DNA of 61,130 nt from an uncultured Bacilli bacterium. Its GTDB lineage: Bacteria; Bacillota_I; Bacilli_A; RF39; UBA660. Of the stretch, positions 26,412-34,999 are shown in pieces. The notes beneath the pieces are model-generated. The model saw nothing but the letters and a program-made list of their open reading frames with translations. It ran no database searches and had not been told where the DNA came from. The stretch covers positions 1 to 61,130 of the forward strand of contig CAJUGF010000004.1 of the NCBI GenBank assembly GCA_910585915.1. Reading direction: 5' to 3'. Position 1 is the stretch's first letter. Each line of letters opens with the position of its first letter. Position numbers and translations under genes: made by a program.

Positions 26412-26687
26412 ATGACTGAGGAAGAATTTATAAATGATTTTTATAAAGGTAATGATTATAGACAATTTGCAATTTTGCAAGAAACATATAGAGAAAATAA
26501 CAATTTAAAACAAGCACTAAATGAAATAGAAAATTATTGCAACATTCAAATAAAAAATAATGAACATTTGATTGAAAGATTAGAAGGTACAAGTAGTTTT
26601 AGAATTGGTAATGCAAAGTCTATGATTACTGAGTTTAAAAACATTTTACAAATAATAGAGAAAGCGAGTGAAGAAGAACAAGAATGA
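26412..26687 (+). CDS. hypothetical protein, paralogue of 27136..27357
   Basis: Shares LKQALNEIENY / ILQIIEKASEEE blocks with the ORF on the other side of the CotE-like gene. Confidence 0.5.
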   Translation: MTEEEFINDFYKGNDYRQFAILQETYRENNNLKQALNEIENYCNIQIKNNEHLIERLEGTSSFRIGNAKSMITEFKNILQIIEKASEEEQE

Positions 26688-27136
26688 CAGAAATAATTAC
26701 TAAAGCGATTGTAGGAAGTTCAAAAGTGTGTGGAAGTGAAAAATATACACTAACACCTTCAGTAAAACCAAATGCTATATTAGGATGTTGGATTATTAAC
26801 CACAAAACAACAACTAAATTAGATTTAGATACAGAAGAAATAATTTTAAATGATTCTTTTGAAATTAATTTATGGTATTCATACAACAACAACACACAGA
26901 CCACAGTATTTAGTGAAAAAATAGAATATCAAGAAAGATTAGACTTTATTCTGAACGAAAGCGTTTTAAACATGAAAGAATTAGATACTATTATTAATTG
27001 TTATAAAGAGCCTACGGTTACTGACCCAAAAATATTAGATGATGGCCGAATACAAGTTTACATTTCAGAGGGAATCCAAGTTGAACTTGTAGGAGAAGTT
27101 AGAGTGAAAATAGAAGAAGAGAAAGAAGATGAATAA
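26684..27136 (+). CDS. cotE: CotE-like protein (outer spore coat morphogenetic protein E homologue), phage-encoded
   Basis: TEIITKAIVG, KPNAILGCWIINHK, FEINLWYSY.NNTQTTVFSEKIEY, ELVGEVRVKIE and an acidic tail parallel B. subtilis CotE blocks (recalled sequence). Confidence 0.75.
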   Translation: MTEIITKAIVGSSKVCGSEKYTLTPSVKPNAILGCWIINHKTTTKLDLDTEEIILNDSFEINLWYSYNNNTQTTVFSEKIEYQERLDFILNESVLNMKELDTIINCYKEPTVTDPKILDDGRIQVYISEGIQVELVGEVRVKIEEEKEDE

Positions 27137-27357
27137 TGAATAAAGACTTAATAGAATTAGTAGAACATTTAAAATTTGCGATGACAGACAATGCCTGTAA
27201 AGAGCCAGAAAAAGCAAAAAGATATTATGATGCTATAAATAATCTACAACAAGCTTTAAACGAAATAAAAGAATACATAAAAAGTGAAAGTCCAGATGCA
27301 GGTGTTAGTGGAAAACGTATTTTAGAAATAATAGAGAAAGTGAGTGAAGAAGAATGA
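27136..27357 (+). CDS. hypothetical protein, paralogue of 26412..26687
   Basis: LQQALNEIKEY / ILEIIEKVSEEE blocks. Confidence 0.5.
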   Translation: MNKDLIELVEHLKFAMTDNACKEPEKAKRYYDAINNLQQALNEIKEYIKSESPDAGVSGKRILEIIEKVSEEE

Positions 27358-27716
27358 AAGTAAAGTTGATTGATTTATTATTACAATACTCAAACAAGGG
27401 AAGAATGCCTAAGAAAATAAAATATGGAGATGTGATTTGGGAATGGAATGGTTCAAATTACGAAGATAAAACAAAAGTTTTAGACAGCAATAAAAGATAT
27501 TTGTTAGGCAAACATAATTTTAATATTTTAAATAATGAAGTAGAAATTATAGAAGAAAAGCCAATCGAATTTATAGAACCATTAAAACCTATATCTTTGG
27601 AAGAATTTAAAAAGATGAATCCAGAAGAGAGATATCATGCAACTATTGTAGAATATGACAAAATAGAAGAATTAAGATCCGCAGTAAATTATCTATTAAA
27701 GAAAGAAGATGAATAA
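27354..27716 (+). CDS. hypothetical protein
   Basis: 120-aa ORF. Confidence 0.5.
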   Translation: MKVKLIDLLLQYSNKGRMPKKIKYGDVIWEWNGSNYEDKTKVLDSNKRYLLGKHNFNILNNEVEIIEEKPIEFIEPLKPISLEEFKKMNPEERYHATIVEYDKIEELRSAVNYLLKKEDE

Positions 27717-28340
27717 ATGATAAAAAAAGAAATATATCCAAAAACAAAAAGAGTAAGTTGTTTGGGTGATAAAGTTTATATAACAGAAAAACTAGATGGA
27801 AGTAATCTAGCAATATTTAAGAAAGACGAAAAGCTATATTTTGCACAAAGAAAGAACATATTTTCTATAGACGAATTAGAAGAAGTAAAAGGTATTGTTT
27901 ATAAAGGCTTATATCAATGGATAAAAGATAATTCAGAATACTTACAAGAACATTTATTAAATAATGCAGCATTGTGTGGTGAATGGCTTGGGATGGATCA
28001 AATAAAGTACTCTGTAGATGAATTTGATAAAAGATTTTATATGTTTGCAAAAGCGAATATAGATGAAGAATTTAACTTATACAATTTAAGGTATAATCAT
28101 GAGCTATTTAATTATCCTTTTGACAATCAAATAATTCCTTCTTTTGTTGGAATAGTACCAGAAGTAACAGAATTGAGCGTATTACCTAACAAAGAACACT
28201 TAGATTCTATTTATCAGAAATATTGCGAAAGAAAAGAAAGAAAAGTAGAAGGATTTGTAGTTAATTATAAAGATAATATTTCAAAATATGTAAGATTAAA
28301 AAACGGAAAGTTGCAAGAACACTTTGACAGAGGAGAGTGA
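27717..28340 (+). CDS. ATP-dependent RNA ligase (Rnl-type nucleotidyltransferase)
   Basis: Motif I lysine EKLDGSN, motif III CGEW, motif IV EGFVV, motif V KYVRLKN. Confidence 0.7.
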   Translation: MIKKEIYPKTKRVSCLGDKVYITEKLDGSNLAIFKKDEKLYFAQRKNIFSIDELEEVKGIVYKGLYQWIKDNSEYLQEHLLNNAALCGEWLGMDQIKYSVDEFDKRFYMFAKANIDEEFNLYNLRYNHELFNYPFDNQIIPSFVGIVPEVTELSVLPNKEHLDSIYQKYCERKERKVEGFVVNYKDNISKYVRLKNGKLQEHFDRGE

Positions 28341-28343
28341 GAT

Positions 28344-28643
28344 ATGCTAACATTGCCAATTAAAAAGAAATGGTTTGATATGATTCTTTCCGGTGAGAAG
28401 AAAGAAGAATATAGGGAAATAAAACCATACTATGAAAAAAGATTAGAACGTAAAGTAAACTTTTGTAAAGCCTTTGATGGTAATGGGTATTATATATTAT
28501 TCAGAAACGGTTATTCTTCTAATAGGCCTACAATTAAATGCGGAGTAATATTGACAAAAGGGTATGGTAAAGAAGAATGGGGAGCAGATCCTAATAAGAA
28601 ATATTATATTTTAAAAATTTTAAATGTGGAGGAAATCAAATGA
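28344..28643 (+). CDS. ASCH domain protein
   Basis: MLTLPIKKKWFDMILSGEKKEEYREIKPYY matches the ASCH N-terminal pattern; 99 aa. Confidence 0.65.
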   Translation: MLTLPIKKKWFDMILSGEKKEEYREIKPYYEKRLERKVNFCKAFDGNGYYILFRNGYSSNRPTIKCGVILTKGYGKEEWGADPNKKYYILKILNVEEIK

Positions 28644-29848
28644 AAGATTTAAAAATATTTACAAATAATATTGGAGAAAAAGCTAAAGAACAAATAGATT
28701 TATTATTGAATCAAGAGTCATTTAAAGATTGTAAGATTCGAATTATGCCAGATGTTCATGCTGGATCTGGATGCGTTATTGGCTTTACTGGTAACTTGGG
28801 TGATAAAGTAATTCCAAATATAGTTGGAGTGGATATTGGGTGCGGAATGTTATGTGTCGAACTTGGCCGTGTGAACATAGATTTAGAAAGATTAGACAAA
28901 ATTGTACATGAATTTGTTCCAAGTGGGTTTAAGGTCCATGAAGAAAGAAAACATAGATTTATTGAACTCAATCAATTAAAGTGTTATCAAGAGTTAAAAG
29001 ATACTCAGCGATTAGAAAGAAGTTTAGGAACATTAGGGGGAGGAAATCATTTTATCGAAATAGATGTTGATGAAGAAGACAACAAGTATTTAGTAATTCA
29101 TACAGGATCAAGAAATTTAGGAAAACAAGTTGCAGAGTATTATCAAGAACTTGCCAACCAATTATGTAATTATAATATTGGAGAGTATAAAGAAAGACAA
29201 CAAGATTTAATAAAAGAATACAAAGAGCAAAATAGAAAACAAGAAATACAAACAGCACTTGAAGAGTTAAAAAAAGAATATAATGTTAATCAAAATAAAA
29301 TTCCAAAAGAATTAGCCTATCTCGAAGGAAAATATCGGGATGATTACTTACATGACATGAAAATCTGTCAAGAATTTGCTGTAAGAAATAGAGATAGTAT
29401 TGCTAGAGAAATTTTATTTAATTATTTTACAAAAGAATTGATTCCTGTTTGCAATAAATTTGAAACAATACACAACTATATTTCTTTTGAAGATAATATA
29501 ATTCGCAAAGGTGCTATATCAGCTAAACGAGGAGAAAAAGTTTTAATTCCAATGAATATGAGAGATGGTTGTATTATTGCTATAGGCAAAGGTAATGATG
29601 ATTGGAATCAATCAGCTCCACATGGTGCAGGAAGAATCATGTCTAGAATGCAAGCAAAAGAAACTTTTGAATTAAAAGATTTTCAAGAAAGTATGAAGGA
29701 GATTTATACTACTTCAGTTAATGAATCAACAATTGACGAAGCTCCATTTGTTTATAAACCTATGCAAGAAATAATTGATTATATTGGAGATACTGTTGAA
29801 ATTGTCAAAATAATTAAACCAATATATAATTTCAAAGCAAGCGATTAG
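28640..29848 (+). CDS. rtcB: RtcB RNA 3'-phosphate/5'-OH ligase
   Basis: MPDVHAGSG, GVDIGCGM, GGGNHFIEID, HTGSRNLG and APHGAGR motifs. Confidence 0.88.
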   Translation: MKDLKIFTNNIGEKAKEQIDLLLNQESFKDCKIRIMPDVHAGSGCVIGFTGNLGDKVIPNIVGVDIGCGMLCVELGRVNIDLERLDKIVHEFVPSGFKVHEERKHRFIELNQLKCYQELKDTQRLERSLGTLGGGNHFIEIDVDEEDNKYLVIHTGSRNLGKQVAEYYQELANQLCNYNIGEYKERQQDLIKEYKEQNRKQEIQTALEELKKEYNVNQNKIPKELAYLEGKYRDDYLHDMKICQEFAVRNRDSIAREILFNYFTKELIPVCNKFETIHNYISFEDNIIRKGAISAKRGEKVLIPMNMRDGCIIAIGKGNDDWNQSAPHGAGRIMSRMQAKETFELKDFQESMKEIYTTSVNESTIDEAPFVYKPMQEIIDYIGDTVEIVKIIKPIYNFKASD

Positions 29849-29856
29849 GAGGTTAT

Positions 29857-30288
29857 ATGATACTAGATAAAAAAGAATTGAAAGCAAAACTAGATCAACT
29901 ATATGATATTAGAAAAGAACTATCAGAGATAACAGCAAAGATAAATAAAACAGAACCTAAAGCAATAAAAAAAGATGCAGTAGAAGGATCCTCAAGATAT
30001 TTTCCATATACAAAATACAAAATTAAAGTTGAAGCGATAGATCCGATATTGGTATATAAGCTAGATACTTACAAAGACTTACTTCAAAAACGTGCACTTG
30101 ATTTATTAGAAGTTCAAATAGAATTAGAAAAGTTTATTCAGGAACTTCCAACAAGCAGATTAAGAAGAATATTTGAATATAGATATATTCAGCAGTATTC
30201 TTGGTCTAAAACTTCTTATTTAATTGGTGGAAATGCTACTCCAGATAGCATCAGGATGGAACACGATAGATTTTTGAAAGAAAACTAA
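29857..30288 (+). CDS. late-gene transcriptional regulator (DUF1492 / sigma-70 region-4-like)
   Basis: C-terminus RLRRIFEYRYIQQYSWSKTSYLIG...DSIRMEHDRFLKE fits DUF1492-type regulators; last gene before packaging block. Confidence 0.55.
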   Translation: MILDKKELKAKLDQLYDIRKELSEITAKINKTEPKAIKKDAVEGSSRYFPYTKYKIKVEAIDPILVYKLDTYKDLLQKRALDLLEVQIELEKFIQELPTSRLRRIFEYRYIQQYSWSKTSYLIGGNATPDSIRMEHDRFLKEN

Positions 30289-30383
30289 AGTTTGTTCGTT
30301 TTGTTCGTTTTTGATGATTTATAATATTATCGTGGATTACTCTAAGTAAAACACAAATACAAAAGACAACTTTTAATTCAAAT

Positions 30384-30572
30384 TACTACCTATTAGGTAG
30401 TACACTGATAGCATGAAATGATACTTAGGAAGTAAGAGAGTGAAAACTAAGCGGTAAAGTAATGTTATCGGTGTAGTATCTATTAGATACAAAAAAATAT
30501 AGGAATTATGAGGTTGTATCTTGTGATTCCTGCCGAAAAGATGTTTAGAACTTAGAAATAGGTTCTTTTTTT
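30384..30572 (+). promoter_or_regulatory. late-control cassette copy 1 (palindrome + extended -10-like + conserved leader + terminator)
   Basis: Palindrome TACTACCTATTAGGTAGTA 30384-30402; TGaTAGCAT 30406-30414; GTAAGAG block 30432; TTATCGGTGTAGT 30465-77; paralogous to 36903-37053. Confidence 0.55.
30547..30572 (+). terminator. intrinsic terminator inside late leader 1
   Basis: AGAACTTA-GAAA-TAGGTTCT (8 bp, GNRA loop) followed by T6. Confidence 0.7.
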
Positions 30573-30700
30573 ATTCTTGACTACAAAGCTAGAACAAACT
30601 CCTTTAAATATTTTGTTTCAAAGATCATGCCAACCAAAAACAACTTTTTCACTTATGGTTTTAGTCGTTTGTAGTCAAAAATAAGAAAGAAGAATATTGA

Positions 30701-30847
30701 ATGACAGATTATAGACCTTTGACTCGTAGAGAACAATTAGAATATCTACGAGCTTTTTTACAACGACAAAAGCAACAACTAGAGCAAGAAATTATAGAAG
30801 TAGAAGAAGAATATAAGTTGATTTTAGAAAGAGGAAGAGAAGAATGA
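30701..30847 (+). CDS. 48-aa small ORF (not in ORF track)
   Basis: MTDYRPLTRREQLEYLRAFLQ...; AAGAAAGAAG upstream; stop overlaps next ATG (ATGA). Confidence 0.4.
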   Translation: MTDYRPLTRREQLEYLRAFLQRQKQQLEQEIIEVEEEYKLILERGREE

Positions 30848-31147
30848 AGAAAATAATCGATAACAAAATTTATGATACTGAAAAAGCAAATATCATTTAT
30901 GAATTTAAACGAAAATGTAAGGGTAGCGAAATGCTGGATAATGCCAGGGCGTTACTTTTATTATTGGACAGATGCACAAATATATAAAACTAAAAAAGGA
31001 AATTACTTTTTGCATTTAGATGCTGCAGAAGGCTATGAAGAAAAAATTGAAACAATAGCAGAAATAGAAGTGAAAGAACTCATAAGAGAACTGAATCCAG
31101 ATAAATACTTAGAATTATTTGGAACAATAGACTTGGAGGAAGCATAA
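30844..31147 (+). pseudogene. small phage gene split by a frameshift (30844..30987 and 30872..31147 frames)
   Basis: MKKIIDNKIYDTEKANIIYEFKRK... reads on in another frame as ...GRYFYYWTDAQIYKTKKGNYFLHLD...; join must lie near 30930-30960. Confidence 0.4.
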
Positions 31148-31402
31148 ATGAAAAAAATAGAATTGATGGAAGTATTTGATAAGTGTGAACGCCAACGAAT
31201 GGGCATTAGAATAGAATTAGAAATGCCTAATCAACAAGATCCAGAGATTATTATTAATACTTATCAATCACTAGAAACAAAAAAGCGCTACTATAATAAA
31301 ACGTATGATGAAAATTTAGTACACACTAAAAATAACAGAATAAGAATCGTTAGTGCTAAGCCAATTCAAGTTAAAAGAGATGCAAAAAGAATAGCGTTAT
31401 AA
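31148..31402 (+). CDS. hypothetical protein
   Basis: 84-aa ORF. Confidence 0.5.
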   Translation: MKKIELMEVFDKCERQRMGIRIELEMPNQQDPEIIINTYQSLETKKRYYNKTYDENLVHTKNNRIRIVSAKPIQVKRDAKRIAL

Positions 31403-31417
31403 AAAACAAATTAGAAG

Positions 31418-31975
31418 ATGGTGAGGAGCGTGGCAAAATATGATTGGAATAACTTAGAAAAAGAATACATATTAGGCGACTATAAAAGTGTTAGTGCATT
31501 CTTAAAAGAAAAGAATATACCAAACAATGGAAGTACAAAAAAGAGCACAAAAGGATGGAAAGAAAAAAAAGTACTAAAAGAGAACCAGAAAAGCACTAAA
31601 ACTATAGAAAAAGTTATTGAAAAACAAGCTGAACAAGAAGCAAAAAAGATTGTTAATATAAAAGATACCGCTGAACAATTGTTAGATAAAATAAATCTTT
31701 CGATTTTGGAATTAGATAGATATTTTTCTAGAAATACTAAAAAAAGTAAAGTTGTTGAATATGATTACAAAGTTGGGAAACCCAGTAAAGAGACCATAGA
31801 AGAACATGAGGAAATACAAGAATTTAATTCAATAATAGATAGAAGCGGATTAAAGCAATTAACATCAGCATTGAAAGATTTGAATGAAATATTAGAAGAT
31901 AAAGAAAAAGGTAATGCAGATAGTTCTTTTGCCAAAGAATTAGAAGAAGCTTGGAGACTGAGAAATGACAAGTGA
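31418..31975 (+). CDS. terS: terminase small subunit (by position)
   Basis: 185-aa basic/coiled protein directly upstream of and overlapping the large terminase. Confidence 0.55.
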   Translation: MVRSVAKYDWNNLEKEYILGDYKSVSAFLKEKNIPNNGSTKKSTKGWKEKKVLKENQKSTKTIEKVIEKQAEQEAKKIVNIKDTAEQLLDKINLSILELDRYFSRNTKKSKVVEYDYKVGKPSKETIEEHEEIQEFNSIIDRSGLKQLTSALKDLNEILEDKEKGNADSSFAKELEEAWRLRNDK

Positions 31976-33341
31976 AGCTATTTTGTATTATGCAGATCAT
32001 CCAGTTGAATTTGCACAAGACATATTAAATGTTGAACCTACAGAAGACCAAAAAGCAGTAATGGAAGATGTAGCAAAATATTCTTTAGTATCAGTTAAAA
32101 GTGGACATGGAGTTGGTAAGAGTGCATTAGAGTCATGGATTATATGGTGGTATATAAGTACTAGACCATATCCAAAAATAATGTGTACAGCTCCAACAAA
32201 ACATCAATTACATGACATTCTTTGGGCTGAGGCATCTAAGTGGAAAAGGAACAACAAAGCATTAAATAATAACTTTGAATGGACTAGTGAAAAGATATAC
32301 TTAAAAGGTGCTCAAGAAGAATGGTTTGCGATAGCCAGAACTTCTAATAAGCCAGATGCATTGCAAGGAACACATGCTGAACATATATTAATTGTTATAG
32401 ATGAAGCAAGTGGAGTTCCAGATATAGTGTTTGAACCTGTACTAGGTTCAATGTCTACAAAAGATGCTAAGTTATTAATGTGTGGAAATCCTACTCAATT
32501 GAGTGGATTTTTTTACGATAGTCATACAAAACTCCGTAGCATGTATAAAACTCACACTATCGATGGTGCAAAATCGCCAAGAGTTGATCCAAATTATGTT
32601 CAGCAGATAAAGGATATGTTTGGAGAAGATAGTGATGTATATCGTGTGCGTGTTGCTGGAGAGTTTCCAAAATCAAATCCAGATAGTTTTATAAGTTTGG
32701 GATTAGTTGAAAGCGCAATAAATAAAATATTTCAACACCAAATAGTTGATATATCATTAGGTGTTGACGTTGCAAGATTTGGAGATGATGAGAGTGTAGT
32801 TGCCACTACATTTAATCATTCCAAATTAGATAAGTTGGATATATTTAAACACAACGATACAATGAAGTTGACTGGGCAGTTAGTTATAATCATTCAAAGA
32901 CTTAACCAAAAATATCCACATATACGAGTTATAGTGAAGATAGACTGCGATGGTTTAGGAGTTGGAGTATATGACAGATTGAAAGAAGTCATTATTGAAA
33001 AAAGATTAAATGCCATAGCAATAGAATGCCATTTCGGAGGAAAAGGTGGAAAAGTAAGTTATGATGAACCAATAGAATATAAAAATTCTACTGGAATTAT
33101 GTGGGGAACTATTAGAAGCAAGCTTTTAAATGGAAGCTTGTTTTTGTGTGAAGATGATGAATTAGTTGCACAATTAACTAATAGAAAATATTTTATCGAT
33201 TCTGATGGTTCCATTATTTTAGAAAAAAAGTCAGAAATGAAAAAGCGAGGAGTTCATTCTCCAGACAGAGCAGATGCATTAGCATTAAGTTTATATGAAC
33301 CTAAACCAACAATGGTTATGGGTGATGTACCAATAATTTAA
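31965..33341 (+). CDS. terL: terminase large subunit
   Basis: Walker A-like VKSGHGVGKS, Walker B LIVIDEASGV, C-terminal nuclease region (GVDVARFGDDES..., SPDRADAL). Confidence 0.85.
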   Translation: MTSEAILYYADHPVEFAQDILNVEPTEDQKAVMEDVAKYSLVSVKSGHGVGKSALESWIIWWYISTRPYPKIMCTAPTKHQLHDILWAEASKWKRNNKALNNNFEWTSEKIYLKGAQEEWFAIARTSNKPDALQGTHAEHILIVIDEASGVPDIVFEPVLGSMSTKDAKLLMCGNPTQLSGFFYDSHTKLRSMYKTHTIDGAKSPRVDPNYVQQIKDMFGEDSDVYRVRVAGEFPKSNPDSFISLGLVESAINKIFQHQIVDISLGVDVARFGDDESVVATTFNHSKLDKLDIFKHNDTMKLTGQLVIIIQRLNQKYPHIRVIVKIDCDGLGVGVYDRLKEVIIEKRLNAIAIECHFGGKGGKVSYDEPIEYKNSTGIMWGTIRSKLLNGSLFLCEDDELVAQLTNRKYFIDSDGSIILEKKSEMKKRGVHSPDRADALALSLYEPKPTMVMGDVPII

Positions 33342-33352
33342 TCAGAAAGAAT

Positions 33353-34948
33353 GTGATAGTAATGTTAAGATCGAGCAAAGAGAGATTAGAAAAAGAAAAT
33401 AGCGTAACAGCTATTTTTTTCAAAGCTCAAAAAGAATTAGATGCCAGAAAACAATTGTATGATGAATTTCGAAGGAAACTAACTGATGAAGAGTTAGCAA
33501 GCTTAGACGATGAAAATATCAAAGTGCCCCTTCAAAGGTACTTAGCAATCATGGCAGTTGGCTTTTTTGCTGGAAAAGCACCTATTTATAAAATTCATGC
33601 TTATGATAAAGAAATAGATCAATTGAATCAAGAATTATTTGATAGACCAGCAAATGACGAACAAAAGGTCAAAGAAATGCAATATATCTTAAAACATGTA
33701 ACAGATTACAATGATGATAAAAAAGAATTTTTTAGTTTAGCATTTGATTATTTTGTTAAGAGAGCTTGTTATGAAGTTTTGTATAAAAATGAACAAGAAG
33801 AATATGTTTATTCCAAGAGTGATGCTTTAGAAACTATTGCTATTTGGGATTATTCTGTTCCTAGAAATTTAATTGGACTATATAGAATCATCAGAACTAC
33901 AATGGCAAATGGTGAGTATCAAATTATGATTGAATTAATTACTGAAAATGGTAAGAAATATTATATGGATACTCCAGAAAAAAGAAAATTATTTGGTACG
34001 CCTGCATATGAAGAAAAATTCAAAGATGAGCCATTATTTACAGAAGATACAAAAAAATATCGAAAAAATTTGTGGGATGACATTCCAGTAATTGCAATTG
34101 AAAATGAGCATGGCTTAAATATCTTTGAAAATGTTAATAGTTTGATTAAAGCGTATGAACAAGTTACACAAAATTCTAGAAATACTTTTAAATATAATGA
34201 TGAAGCAAAATTGAAAGTTGTTGGTTATGCGCCTAAAGAGCCTGCGGTAATAACGGATGAAAAAGGAGATACAATAATCAATCCAAGAAGAATAAAAGAA
34301 GATGAATATAATCTGCAAGCCAAAATATTCTATATTGAGCAAGATGGAGATGTTGACTGGATATTAAAAAGGGTAGATGATGCTGCACTTCAGAATCACA
34401 AAAAGACGTTGATGGATTTAATATGTTTATGTTCATTTATTCCAAACATGACAGACTTGGGATTTACTCAAGCAGATAATAACAGTGCCTTAGAAAAAAA
34501 GTTTTTTGCATTACAACAATTAATTGTGGATGCTGAGGCAGATTTCAAGCAAGGTTTTTTACGTCGTTGGGAATTGATTTTCAATAAATTTAATAAAGAT
34601 AAACGAAAAGAATATGACTTTAGAAATGTAGAAGTTACACTTCAAAGAAATATGCCAAGTGATAGTTCATCAGAAACTAGTAGAGCAATGTCATTAAGAG
34701 ATTTATTGTGTGATGAAACGATAATTGGAATGCTACCTGATGATTTAGATCCCAAAAATGAAATAGCTAAGAAAAAAGCAGAATCAGAAGAAAATTTAAA
34801 TAATAACCAAGAACTTATGAAGAAATTTAGTAAGAATAAGGATGTTTATCAAGATAATGAAGAAGATTCAGACAATAAAGCTAAAGATAACTTGAAGCCA
34901 ATTCCTGGAGAAAACATTAAAGATTCTAAAGAAAAACATTCAAACTAG
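33353..34948 (+). CDS. portal protein
   Basis: 531 aa, immediately after terL, acidic C-terminus; call by size and position. Confidence 0.65.
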   Translation: MIVMLRSSKERLEKENSVTAIFFKAQKELDARKQLYDEFRRKLTDEELASLDDENIKVPLQRYLAIMAVGFFAGKAPIYKIHAYDKEIDQLNQELFDRPANDEQKVKEMQYILKHVTDYNDDKKEFFSLAFDYFVKRACYEVLYKNEQEEYVYSKSDALETIAIWDYSVPRNLIGLYRIIRTTMANGEYQIMIELITENGKKYYMDTPEKRKLFGTPAYEEKFKDEPLFTEDTKKYRKNLWDDIPVIAIENEHGLNIFENVNSLIKAYEQVTQNSRNTFKYNDEAKLKVVGYAPKEPAVITDEKGDTIINPRRIKEDEYNLQAKIFYIEQDGDVDWILKRVDDAALQNHKKTLMDLICLCSFIPNMTDLGFTQADNNSALEKKFFALQQLIVDAEADFKQGFLRRWELIFNKFNKDKRKEYDFRNVEVTLQRNMPSDSSSETSRAMSLRDLLCDETIIGMLPDDLDPKNEIAKKKAESEENLNNNQELMKKFSKNKDVYQDNEEDSDNKAKDNLKPIPGENIKDSKEKHSN

Positions 34949-34999
34949 AAAACAGATGCTATTCAAAATTTAGATAGGTTAAAGAAAGGATGATAAAAA

